From the NCBI GenBank assembly GCA_977020255.1, contig CDROCS010000184.1, forward strand, positions 62,001 to 126,000: a stretch of DNA of 64,000 bases, in the 5' to 3' direction. Position 1 is the stretch's first letter. Every line of letters starts with the position of its first letter. The translations under genes were made by a program, and so were the position numbers. Source of the DNA: Obrimoposthia wandeli. Lineage: Eukaryota. The notes below the pieces were generated by a model. That model was not told the origin of the DNA, made no database searches, and worked only from the letters and a program-made list of their open reading frames with translations. Shown in pieces: positions 25,764 through 37,374 of the stretch.

Positions 25764-26710
25764 AGTAGTAGGTAGATGGAGTACTTCTGGAACAAAGCCC
25801 CCGGGGATATGAGGACAAGTTAAGGTCATGATGAGATCAAGGTCATGTAAGGTCAAGGACATCTTTACCAAAAGATATCTCTTGTGTGTGTATGTTCAAG
25901 GTTAAATCATATATGTGTATGTATGTGCATGTACTCTTTCAACTCGAGTGTATACTACCTCTATTTCTATGTAACAAAGGAACTATTCATTATAAAGTCA
26001 TGATAAATACATTTTGTTTAAATACATCAATTTCATAATTAGATTATTTAAACATGTGTAACAAAGCATCCTTTCATCATAAAGACATCAATTAGATTAT
26101 TTAAGCAAAAGTCATTTAATTAAATGTATAATATTAATTTAATTAACTCATATCTAGGTTATCATGTTTATTTTATTTAATTGAAATTGTATTATATTAT
26201 CCATTGTTAATTAAAAGAGAATTTGTTCTACTGCATCAATAAAATTAATTAATCCGGGAAGTGTATATAAGAGAAATATTCTAGTTTCAATTCATTATTT
26301 ATTAATGGAAGAAGTACAACAAACTTTGTTAAATGAGCTAATGGAGAGCGAGCACACTCTAGCGGAGAAGTGTTATCTTGCGGAGGGCTTGATGCTCCGG
26401 GAGGCTCTGAAAGTAGAAGAGATCCCGGGCTTCATTGACTGGTCATCAAATGGCCAACCACTCATCTTGCCAAATGAAAACTTTCGATGAGGCCCTTGAT
26501 CACAAACATGCACACTTGAGAACGAACCCAAAGTCCTCATTAGGATTACATAAAATAGGGATGGGATGAGAAGGGAAAATTTTCAAAATATGTTTTTAAA
26601 CTTCATATAGAAAATTACTTTTTAAAACTTTCGCTAATTACTATTAAAAATATCTAAACGTACTATATATTTATAAAAATTAAACTAAATTTAATTTTAA
26701 CTTTAACTAA
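25764..26710 (+). repeat. Left TIR of Polinton 1
   Basis: Reverse-complement match to 38820-39533 plus 40355-40511 (e.g. GGAACAAAGC..CGGG, GACAAGTTAAGGTCATGATGAG and the 26281-26600 block). Confidence 0.9.
26305..26490 (+). CDS. Small ORF inside the TIR (61 aa; frameshifted copy in the right TIR)
   Basis: TATATAAG about 40 nt upstream, GC-elevated; the mirror copy near 39040-39220 has an 8-nt deletion. Confidence 0.4.
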   Translation: MEEVQQTLLNELMESEHTLAEKCYLAEGLMLREALKVEEIPGFIDWSSNGQPLILPNENFR

Positions 26711-26739
26711 TTAATTATAATGTCTAATACTTGTCTGTC

Positions 26740-29700
26740 GGAGACTAATACCTTTACCTCTCATCTGAGATTCATCTTTTGAAGTCTCCAAGTTATATGA
26801 TTTTGGACGTAGAAAATCCCCTGCCTATAGCTAACTATTTTCTTGCTCTCATCTTTAAATTTACCAATCGCTGTATTAAGCGTTGTTTAAAGCGGATGGG
26901 TTTTTGGAAATTTCGAGGTATCCAACAGTTGTTCAGCAATCATAGGAGGTAACAATGTTCAAGAAAAAGCTATCGATGTCGCCCACTATAATTTTAATGT
27001 CACAGTTAAATTTAGCTCGATATTTCTCTAACTGCTCATATTGTAGCTCATACATACGAAGTTTGCTAAAATCTAATACTGCCTGGCCTATATAACTGGG
27101 ACGATCCAAAACAATATGTTCCTTATCCAGTAGAACTGTGATAAAGTCCGTATCGATTTCGATTGTCCTACGAAAGTGGGCTTTACTACAATAGGCAACC
27201 AGCTTCTGTGGATTATTACAAATTCGAAGGTTAATTATTTTCATTAGATTCTCAATGAGTTTTCTAAATAAAGAATTCACCTTCAGTTTATAATAATCTC
27301 GCTCGAAATCTGTTGTAGCTGCAGCTCTTTTAAGAGAACTATCCTCAATATATTTTGAAAAACATTAGTTTGTTCAAACTGTATTGCTCTGTATACAAAA
27401 TCTACCTTAACACCAAGTCTAACGTTTATTTGTAGTAATCTAGAATGCACAACATAATGTTTCTTAGGGAAATGTGTTAGTAATAATTTTTCAAACTTAC
27501 ACCCTGGTGGACACTGTTTAATTGGAGCAAGAGGAAGATCGTCGAATTTATTATGTAGCTCGTTAGGAATAGATCTATTTCCAATAAATGAGCGAAGCTA
27601 CTACAGTATATATCTGCTGATTTTAAGCTGGAAATAATATTCTCCAATAACTCTAATCGATCAGTTACCCAGAAAAGGTTACCACAAGGTAAAAACTGGG
27701 ACATTGCCTACCCGTAAAAGTTGTTCACATATATATATATACAAAAGTTCAGTACCGTTGATGGCATCCACCTTGTGCTCATTCACGAAGGTCATGACCC
27801 CTCGAATCCCAGACTGGAAGATACGGTATATCTCCGTATCCTGGATGAGCTCGACTCGTACAGGAGAAGCAGCAGAAGAATCCGGGCAAAGCAGTGTCTT
27901 GAATGCTGTAAAACATTTACTAAAATCATTACTTAGTGAAAAAAATTACTTAGTGAAAATTTACTTAGAAAAAATAAGTAAAATACAAACCAGAGATGGT
28001 GAAGAAATTGCGCGGCTCCAGTCCATCGTCACCAATGGTCTTGGTCCGGAATGCTGTAAATACATCTGCTGGAAGGTAGGCGTCAATCTTCATATAGACT
28101 AACATATAGTCCCAGAGTGATGTGCAGCAACTCTGAGTCCAGATCATCTTCACCATCTCATATTGTGCTGGCTTGATCTTCTCATCCCACTTTGGTGGTA
28201 AGCTAGTGATTGCTCAAAAAGCAGTCTCTGATACTGTCATATCATACGGGAAGCTGCCCTTAGCGCTCACCAGATGTTGCGGAAAGACCGAATGTGTTAG
28301 AGGAGTCACACCCAGAATTTCCACAGGTTTTTCAAGTCCACTGTTCAAAAATTGCAAGGAATTTATAAAGCGAATACAGATTTCTCCAATATGCACCATC
28401 ATAGCCTGAAATTTCTCTGTTGATTGAGGTATAAGAGAGACATTCCAGTCAGGAAACTTGCACAGTGCGTGTTTAGTATGTGGTGCATATCCTAACCCAT
28501 CAAATTATGAAAAATGACGGGAAAAGAGCGATTCAGTCTCCTTCATAAGTTGCATTTCGTGTGCGCTGCTCCGAGGTACTCGCCAGTCATGTGACCATGA
28601 TCTCGAATTTTGTTTGTCATTTTCTTCTTACACAGGTAACAGATTCGTGCGGCATTGAAACTCGATACCTGTTCCTGTGTAAGTAGTCGCATCACCTCGA
28701 TCGCATGCTTTTTTTTTACCATGGGAGAACAACCTCTTTCGCCAAGTCCTCTAATTTCTGCATGAAGACACTTATGGCACCAAGTACACTGGATGCGATT
28801 AGATACACCTCTGTTTTATAATTAAGTAGCCTATTGAGTTTACGAATACCAACATAATGAAAATTATCATTATTTTCTAAAAGGAGAAGATTGATTGACC
28901 TAGCGTCCGGGTATGCGGTTCTGTAAATTATATCCACATAGGGATTTTTAAAGTTATCCCCATCTGTTTGTACATTAGAAAACCTATAGAATGTAAATAC
29001 GTTGATTGAGAGAGATGGGTCCTTTCTTTCAAATCGTGGTATATTACATAAACGCATTGGCATTTCATTCTCATCAAAATCTAATTTACTCAACAGGGCA
29101 TCATATTGTTTAACCCGCTGAGGATTAGTGCGAAATACTTCAAGGAAAAGTACAGCTAAGATACTGTAAAGAAAACACAATGTGTTAGAGTTCTGCACAT
29201 TGATAACGTAATGTGAGAGTTCTAACTCAGATGGAGTAGGTATGTAACTACTCCCCTGGAGATAGTTCATTGTTGTTGTTTTAGTCACAACAAACGAAAT
29301 CTCCAGGAAGCGGTTCACTATTCAATTACTACTACTCTAATAGTAATTCTCAATCTTATTGATCCCATCTACTCCCGCATCTATAAGCCCATCATCTATG
29401 GGGAGCCTCCTATTGGAAAAATTCCAATCACGTGTTTCTCCAATATTGGAAAATTCAACACGCACCCCGAATTCCACCTTACAAGTTGCAAACTTGCTGA
29501 CTGTATCCCTTAAGCTAGTCAAAAGTGACTCAAGAACTTGTAAAATATTTGCATTGTCATTAGAAACATCTTATGACAATGTCTCAATCGTACCCCGAAG
29601 ACTAGTCTTTCGCTTAACGTCATCAACGTTGGGAAACTTCGCAACAGAGCTACCTGAAATGGGCACAACACTTCTCTTGCGAGTAGATGCTGGTGATTCT

Positions 29701-29778
29701 TCAAAACAAAGTTTTTTATTCATATTGCAATTCTAGAAAAAAATATAATAAATATAGAAATATCAAGAAACTTACCAT
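26740..29778 (-). pseudogene. Protein-primed family B DNA polymerase (pPolB), broken
   Basis: Ordered motifs GSSYIPTP, VINVQNSNTLCFLYSIL, RFINSLQFL, KGSFPYD, IFQSGIRG, YIYVNNFYG*AMSQFLP, RPSYIGQAVLDFSKLRMY, GDIDSFF; putative ATG exon plus a 43-nt intron at 29733-29775. Confidence 0.9.
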
Positions 29779-29799
29779 TTTTAATTTCGTTTATAATAG

Positions 29800-30400
29800 A
29801 CAGTTATTTGTTGTCTGATGCTTGCTTATATACTATTTTCGAACTAGTATTAAGCCAATCAGATTCATTTATCATTTAAACCAAGCAGAATTGAACATAG
29901 TTTACTGATTAATGTATGTAGTTGATTTTTCATTGATATTTAAATGATCCAAACTAGCCGCAAAGTATTTTTTGTATGCACAATGCTCTCAATGTTTAAT
30001 ATATGGACAATTGATATTTGTTGGATTTAATTGTTTTAATGTTTTTGAGTAATTTAACAATCTTAATTCAGAAAAATATATTATTTATAGTCTTTATTTT
30101 AGCTCCATTATATTTATCCAAAACAAAAAAATGATTTGGATACATCACAACAACGTTTTATTTCCTCAGTTATTTATTTTATCTTGAAATAACTATTACC
30201 ATCAACTAGTTTTAGTCGATGGTAATGCTTAATGAGATATCTATTTATTTTGCTTGATTTTCTATCCATCATACTCCATATAGGTTGCATTTTAAAAACA
30301 TAATGTTTAGGATAGAAGATTGCATTCACATCCATTATACATAGTTATTTTATTACAAATTCAATATTATTATCCATAAAAACTTCAAAATCAATAAAAT
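29800..30400 (-). pseudogene. Polinton accessory ORF, DEDD-exonuclease-like
   Basis: FYFIDFEVFMDNNIEFVIK*LCI...HYVFK...INRYLIKHYHRLKLVDG resembles the recalled Polinton VVD.QGF..F..KEL..YHGL..G family. Confidence 0.5.
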
Positions 30401-30450
30401 AAACAGACATTTTTATAAAAAATAATTTTATTTGATATTGTTTATATCTA

Positions 30451-30825
30451 TTATTTATGCTTTAACCAAATCAGACATAGTTGTCCACATGATTGTGTTA
30501 AAACATTTTGATAATGTTTCTTACTAAAATGTACTTTCTTTCCAGAGTAAAGTACTGTAGATACTAATATAGAGGAGTAATATATCTCATAGGGGTCAAA
30601 AGCAAATATTTCATTTTCTTTAACATGTATTGCAATCCAATGTTCACCACGCAAACTAGATGAATGTTTATTGATTACATATCCACCTAGACGAGTCAAA
30701 GAGGGGATATGATCAAAACTGTAGACTCCATTGAAACGCGAACCGAGTAGTTTTCTTCCGCTCTTTGTTATCTCGATCGAACTAGATTATGTAATTATTA
30801 ATTAATTCAAACTGACTTACTTCAT
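30451..30825 (-). CDS. Adenain-like cysteine protease, 2 exons (30825-30821, 30781-30451), 111 aa, apparently intact
   Basis: MN|SIEI...GEHWIA...FDP...QNVLTQSCG gives an H-D-Q-C catalytic set; the intron GTAAGT...CTAG (39 nt) restores the frame. Confidence 0.85.
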
Positions 30826-30874
30826 TTATATCTTCTTTTTCTTGTTTTCAATGTTTTCATTGTTTACATTCTGT

Positions 30875-30948
30875 TTATACTAGTACTGTTCCTCCCTTGG
30901 TAATTTGAACCTCAGAATAAAATACTCCATAGAATATGATATTAGTAG
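30875..30948 (-). pseudogene. C-terminal stub of the major capsid protein
   Basis: IIFYGVFYSEVQITKGGTVLV* parallels LIYGVFDSEIQINKNITVIL* at the end of the copy-2 capsid gene. Confidence 0.65.
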
Positions 30949-31071
30949 TGGGAAAGCAAAACGACCAAAAACTTTCATCCATCCTGATCCATACTGTTTT
31001 CCCACAAAATAAGGCAAATCACCTCCTTGCATGGGTTTACTATACGCATCGATTATACTTGAATCAATCAT
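30948..31071 (-). pseudogene. N-terminal part of the conserved Polinton QxGxG protein (truncated)
   Basis: MQGGDLPYFVGKQYGSGWMKVFGRFAFP lies between penton and capsid, then is cut by the deletion. Confidence 0.6.
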
Positions 31072-32101
31072 AATTTACGAAAATGAACCGTTAAACTTGT
31101 TTTAGCTCCGTATGCAAATGTAATTAATCTTCTAGAATCATTACGTATATTAACCTCAATATTGTTTATAGAAGAAGAACTCACTGGAATATACATTGGA
31201 TTTTCAATTGCAATATGTATAACATTTGTATAACATCGCCATACTTGTGCTTTTCCTGTTGAACCCAAGTAGCTTTTATTAATGGAAGTTTAGTTCCTCA
31301 TACGAATATTGGTTCAGTAATACTCGTGTAAATATAAATTTGATTATATGCATTAGTTATTTTAGCACTAACCTTTGCTTTGAAAACCTTATTTTTATTT
31401 TCAAATTCATTTTCATCAAAACCAATAATTGAGGCTAATGATTTATCCATGACAACTTTAACAATATTTGATTTCAATTTGAAATGAATCAATTTATTAA
31501 TTAGTTTAAAGTTTTCAAATACATTTGGTAACACTGTTTTAAAATGTTTACATACGCTTTAACTATCTGGAAAAAGAAAATCATTGAGAACTGAATATAT
31601 TTTCTTTTCTTGTTTAGTGAATCTGCTTTTTATCTTAAATGTAATTATTGAATACTTGATATGTTTATCCATAAATCCCGAAACCACGTGCTTTCCTTTA
31701 GCAGAGTTAGTTGGAAATCCACATTGTTCTGCAACAAACTCATCATTAAAAACTATTTCAAAATTATCCCCTTGTCCTATAATTTGAATTCGATTCTCTT
31801 TATTTAAAAAGATTGTGAAATCATATCCTGCCTTAATACAAGCCAAATCCATTTGACCCTTATCAAATAATAAAGTAACATCAGTTACTTTATCAGCTTC
31901 TTGTTGAGTAATATATTCAATCTCAGTTTCACTTTGAATAGATAGAGGAGAGTAATTTAAAGAAACTTCTGTAAGAGCAGCTTCCCAAGCACCTGGAAAA
32001 TTGATTGAGCTTTGATAAACAATACTAAAACTATTAGCAGTATTATTCGGCTGAGTTAATGGCGAACCATTACTTGGTAATACAACATACATTGAGTTCA
32101 T
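31068..32101 (-). pseudogene. Minor capsid protein (penton, PX), frameshifted
   Basis: N-terminus MYVVLPSNGS...PNNT...GAWEAALTEV; C-terminus IYIYTSITEP, NPMYIPV, IEVNIRN, LTVHFRK. Confidence 0.85.
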
Positions 32102-32109
32102 TCTATTTG

Positions 32110-33125
32110 AGAAGCTAATATCCTACTAGGTTCAGTATATCCATGCCACTTAACTCGATATAGTTTATGCTTTCCTCTCCCTTTTGTCTCTAAGATTTCT
32201 TGAATTCTATATACATTTAGTTAAACAGGTAAGACTTGTAATTCCTCATGATAAAATTTACCCATGATTACATTATTGCTCTCATCCTCAAAGAAATACA
32301 TTTCCGGCACATGTTTATTATCAATTTTAGTTATACAAAATACTTCATCACTCCAATTTTCTTTGAAATTATTTATAAAAGAAGTAGTACTAATTTGAGA
32401 AATACGTACATAATCACCAACTTTATACTTGGGTTTCTTTACAACTTGACTTCGGTTACGACGTTGCCAAATTTCCATAGCATTCTCATCTGTAACATCA
32501 ACAGGTCTCTTTCCTTCTAATGATGAGTGTTCACTATGATTGTATGCATGTATTATTTGAGGTCAAACAGTGACCCAGGACTAATTTCCCTGCTTAGTGA
32601 AATACTTTTTCAATCGATCTCTCAATGTTCGATTAAAACGTTCAACTAAAGCAGTTTTATATAAGGAAAATACTGAGTAATAATTATTATTATGTTTTTT
32701 AATAATGTACTAAAATGTTTATTATAAAATTTCTTTCCATTGTCCGTTAAGAAATTTCTTGGTTTTATTTCTTTAATCAAAAGCTTCATTGCCTCTAAAA
32801 CATCAGTACCAGACTTAGACTTTAATGGAATAGCTCGTGCAAATCTACTAAAGACATCAACACAAGTTAAAATATATCGATGTCCACCGTTAATACTCGC
32901 ATACGGAATCATTTCCATCAAATCTGTTTGCCAAAAATCATTTTGGCCGCTCGTTTTGTATAATCTCGTTGGGAACCGACGTATCATTGGTTTGTTTAAG
33001 CTGTAAGCTAATTGATTTCTCAGCCACGTCTGAGTTTCTTTTTTCCCCTTCTTTGTTTCTTTTGCTAATTTTGAAACCCCTGTGTAACCAACGGGATGAC
33101 TTGGATCGAACCATATTTTCTCCAT
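32110..33125 (-). pseudogene. Retroviral-like integrase (c-int), frameshifted
   Basis: WFDPSHP, WQTDL, YILTCVDVFSR, TDNG, VERFNRT, KPKYKVGDYVRIS and a chromodomain-like tail. Confidence 0.92.
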
Positions 33126-33220
33126 TACAACAGACGATTTGATTTTTATATTTAATTTAGGAATAGATGGAAGTGATCCCATATATAAATTCATATTATT
33201 GATTCGAATTATGTTTATAA

Positions 33221-33607
33221 TCATCGTTTTATTAGTCTACTAACAGGTACACCAACTATTGAGCTAACAATTGGTACGATAAATTCTAAAAATCCACCAC
33301 TTTGCTTATACAGCAACTTACGTTTACCGATTCGTGTTTTGATATGAAACAAAGTAAGTAGAGGTTTCTTATTCCGATTCATGTTAGCCTTAACAGTTAC
33401 TTTACCAGAAACTATTTTCTGTATCATATTAAGTAAATCATCTATTACAAAAGTAGGGAATGATTTAAGAATAGTTGGGCAGCAAATAGCAGGTGCACGC
33501 AGGAGAGAATTGAAATAGGCAATACTTTTAGATTTCTTATTAACAATTCTTTTCTTATTTGATTTTTGAGCAACCATTTTCCTTGCACTTAAAACTGATT
33601 TAATCAT
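33221..33607 (-). CDS. Basic Polinton protein with a KQSGGF motif (128 aa)
   Basis: Lys-rich, ends LYKQSGGFLEFIVPIVSSIVG; homolog at 60780-61177. Confidence 0.65.
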   Translation of the reverse strand: MIKSVLSARKMVAQKSNKKRIVNKKSKSIAYFNSLLRAPAICCPTILKSFPTFVIDDLLNMIQKIVSGKVTVKANMNRNKKPLLTLFHIKTRIGKRKLLYKQSGGFLEFIVPIVSSIVGVPVSRLIKR

Positions 33608-33639
33608 TTTTTAAACTTCAGATTTAACAGTTTCCTTTT

Positions 33640-34290
33640 AAAAATTCATCTTCGAGAAACATGTTTCTTTATTTATTTATAGACGGTAATTACTGATGGA
33701 TTGAATATATCAGTTCTAACTCTAAAGTCATCAAGACAATCTTGAGTAAAATCAATAAAAATGTATCCATGAGGCATAGTAGTTGCATCGTGAAATGAAT
33801 CAATTAGGAAATTTCTATTATTCGGGTAAGCTTGTCTTGAAACAAAATCAACAACCGTCTGATCACGTGGATTCTTGGAGTGAACAAGTTAATGTACATT
33901 TAAATTACGAGTTCTATGATTCCCTTCTTGATGAAATAGATTTTGCGTGATGAAAATAACAGTTACTTCATGTCGTGCTATTTTAGTGAATACATTATTG
34001 AAATCACTCTCTTTATTTGTTTCTTGATATAAATCATCAATAACAATAACATCATGACATTGTATTCGCTCAGACCAAGTATCATCGAATCCATTAATGA
34101 CTTTTATATTTTTGATTTTCTGAAACTCGATACTGATTAAACCAGCTTCTCCATCTCCTCCCTGATGATAATATATCTTATTAAACTTAAAAGTAAAGTA
34201 TTTATTATTTTGCAGTAACTAACATACAAAATGAGTTTTCCCACTACAACTAGGACCTACAATCTAAAAAACTGAATTTATTAAAATATA
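33640..34290 (-). pseudogene. DNA packaging ATPase (A32/IVa2-like)
   Basis: Walker A IVGPSCSGKT, Walker B VIVIDDL, then FITQNLF, KNPRD, HGYIFIDF; in-frame stops. Confidence 0.9.
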
Positions 34291-34320
34291 TCCACTAACA
34301 AACAATAAAAAACTCTTCTC

Positions 34321-34629
34321 TCAGAAAAAGCTCCTTTTCTCTTCTTTATTTGCATACTCTTCTTTCTTCTGATTGTATGACAGAATGAGACGATTGACTG
34401 CCTTTTTGTGCATCATTCTTCTTACGTGCTCCTCCAGGGGTAGATCTGGTGCATCAATGAGTTTCAGGACATCTTCTTCGATAACATTCTTCGAGATGAA
34501 GCTCTTCACCGCCTTGTCAACATCTTGCTTGAAATAATTCGGAGTAGACATAATGAAGAAGCAGTAAAAAGTAATCTGCTTATATACTATACATCTAAAT
34601 TCTAATTGGTTACTGATTAACAAAGACAC
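34321..34629 (-). CDS. Hypothetical Polinton ORF
   Basis: Open frame between known Polinton genes; probable start MSTPNYF; no homology recognised. Confidence 0.4.
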   Translation of the reverse strand: MSLLISNQLEFRCIVYKQITFYCFFIMSTPNYFKQDVDKAVKSFISKNVIEEDVLKLIDAPDLPLEEHVRRMMHKKAVNRLILSYNQKKEEYANKEEKRSFF

Positions 34630-34673
34630 TGACTAATAAAGACACTGACTAATAAAGACACTGATTAATAAAG
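34622..34673. repeat. 16-bp tandem repeat x3
   Basis: AAAGACACTGACTAAT repeated. Confidence 0.9.
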
Positions 34674-34879
34674 ATAAAGACGAATAAAATTTACACATGA
34701 TAACGATTAAAAATACGTATTTGATTAAGCATAGCTTTATTAGGAGCAGCAATAGTCCGTTTAGCTTTAACAAGATTGGAAGCAGCAGTAACACCCATCG
34801 AAGGAGATAAAAAATGCAATAACAATGCAAGCAGCATGTAAACTACCATAATGACCACATACTAAAATCTTACCACCAT

Positions 34880-35430
34880 TTATGATAGTTTCTTTATTAA
34901 ATTATTACTCTGTTTATAATATGTCAATATTGTTACTCTTAATTTTGAGTTTACAAAGACAGAAGTATATTTTAATTCCTTATAAGATATCTTATCCACT
35001 ATATATGTATTGATTACATGAGTGAAATCGGATTTCAAAAATTTAATTTCATCAAAAGCATCTCGATAATTGCCAATATATAATTGATTTACTAAAATCT
35101 CATTCATTTTTGTTTTGTTTAATTTTTTTACATTAAGTTGAGTAAATCTAGCACTAAACAGACTATCAAAAAGATTTGTCATGTGGTTCATCTCCATACT
35201 CGAGGCATGCACTATTATGGATTCCATAAAAGCCAAAGCATTTAAAAAATCTAATCGTCTCTTATCTTCTTCTTCAATAATTAGATCTATAATAACTTCT
35301 TCTATCGTCACTTCATCAATAGTTTCTTCTCTTCTTATAACTGTTGTTGTTGTTGTTGCTGGTGATTATGTTGATATTGATGTTGCTGCTGCTGATGATG
35401 TTGCTGATGTCATTTTCTCCATTTTATCAA
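34880..35430 (-). pseudogene. Hypothetical Polinton ORF with a low-complexity N-terminus
   Basis: TATATAAAAG upstream of ATGGAGAAAATG; one early stop, then 143 aa open. Confidence 0.4.
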
Positions 35431-35903
35431 TTCAGAGTCAATTTACTTTTATATACTAATTGAGGTTTGATTTCATTGTAGCATCAATTTCATCATAACC
35501 ACGTGATTTGATTGAAGTATTATTCAACTTTTTCATTGTACTTAACATCTCATGTAAATGTAGTTGATGACGTAACCTAAAGAGTAAAATAAACTACTAA
35601 TAAATATTATTCATGATTATTTTTTCTAATTAAAGCAACGAGAATAACTGAGGCAAGATCATTTAATGCATCCTGTACCTCTTTACATTCAATAATTTCA
35701 TTCATTTTATGATAAAGCAAATCAAATATAGTTTATAACCCAGAAAAATCTATTTTTAGTAACATTGCAACTTTTGCAACTATTTCCAAGTAATGTCATG
35801 TGATATTTTTGTCTCTAAGAGAAATATATTTTTAGTAACATTTCGATTATTTGCTTGTCTTTGTTTAGGAAATAAATAAATAACACAAGTGTGAATATAT
35901 ATA

Positions 35904-36388
35904 TTAAACAAAACAATATTCAATCAGATATTCATAACTTAAAGATTTAACACCAATTATCATTATCTTCCCGCTCGCAAAAATGTTCACGCATAGTGAA
36001 TTGTACTTGACGTATCGAAGTCGCGGGAAGATTTCTGGCTCGTAAACACAATCCGAACCCATACTCTTGCTCATCTTGCTCAGGTTTATTGGTGTTTCTA
36101 GATTGCTACTGAGACTGATTGACTGAATTCTTTCAATTTTTATATCAAAAGGAAGAGTGCTTTCATCCAACGCTGTTTTACAACTCATTTTTATGCATGT
36201 CCCAAAAGTATATATATATATTGAAATGTAAAAAATAAATTACCAGATTTGAAAATGATAATAGTATAACCTTCACACTTGAGTTGATACTGATGGGGAT
36301 TTGAAGTCCGAAATGGTAAGTGTTGAATGTTACTTACAACAATTCCCTTGTAATTAATATTCACTAATTTTATATTGTGAAGTAGCAT
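35904..36388 (-). pseudogene. TATA-binding-protein-like gene with a putative 41-nt intron
   Basis: IQSISLSSNLETPINL...YEPEIFPRLRY...NIFASGKIMIIGVKS matches TBP repeat 2; TIIIFKSG|TCIKMSCK is a repeat-1-like segment. Confidence 0.75.
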
Positions 36389-36468
36389 TTCTGATTATTA
36401 TTATAAACTGATTTGTTCTATTTATACTATTTGAACATATATTTTTAGATTACATGTGATCTCTTTGT

Positions 36469-37374
36469 TTAATTGCCTATGCTATGAAATCTAATATTTC
36501 TTACTCGTCTAAGAATAATTGTCTTGCAATATGGACATGAAATAAAACGATCTGAATATATTATACATGTGTTTAAGTGTTCACGTGGTAAAAATGCCAC
36601 GGAAAGCATATCCGTCATGCAAACAACACATTCGGGATTTGGTAAGAGGTATTTGATATAATTTATACGATGTTTTGGTTCAGATTTTATTTCTAAAGAT
36701 CTTAAATCCGTTATAAACTCATATATAGAATCATATTTATTATCGAATGTTTCAAACTTATTAACTAAAACGGCTTTGATTCTATCATGGCTATAATCAC
36801 GTTTCAGCAAAACTATTTGACGAGTTTCCATCTGAGCATCAATTTCATCATTACTAATATGATATTCACCAATACATCAGTTCTTGATTCCCATACTAGA
36901 TGCTTTACAATATCGAGTATGAAAGATTCTTTCAGGCATATTATCAATAAACTCAAGTCAGGGTACTGCTTTCTGACAGAAACAACATCGATAGGAATCA
37001 TTCCAAATATATACATGTGGGAAAATCGATAACGTAGGTATTTCAATATCATTAAAATAATTATTACGTACAATAACTACTTTATCCATTGGAGTTCAAT
37101 CAAAATCAATTTGCTTGATGCTGGAATCAATTATTGGTATATTTGATACATTCATTTTCAAAACTAACGAATATGTTTGGAAATATAGCATATGCTGCTT
37201 CATTAGTTTCAGATAGTACTCCCATTCCGATATTCCTCCCAGACAGTAAACACACTTTACATTATCCCTTGAATCATCGTGTTTATAAAATCCTGCTTTT
37301 GCTAAAGCTCTCTTATCTGCTAAACCAGTAAACTTTCTTCGTAATGATTCTAATCTTCTTTCTTCAGATATCAT
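36469..37374 (-). pseudogene. IAP-like gene (BIR-linker-UBA-like-RING), frameshifted
   Basis: RRLESL...LAKAGFY...DNVKCVYCLGGISEWE (BIR); CVVCMTDMLSVAFLPREHLNTC...CPYC (decayed RING). Confidence 0.8.

Noticed and set aside
34262-34300. Apparent intron acceptor (TTTTTAG) before the ATPase Walker A
   Set aside because: Copy 3 reads HQIVGP with CAG at this position, so TAG is better explained as a nonsense mutation.
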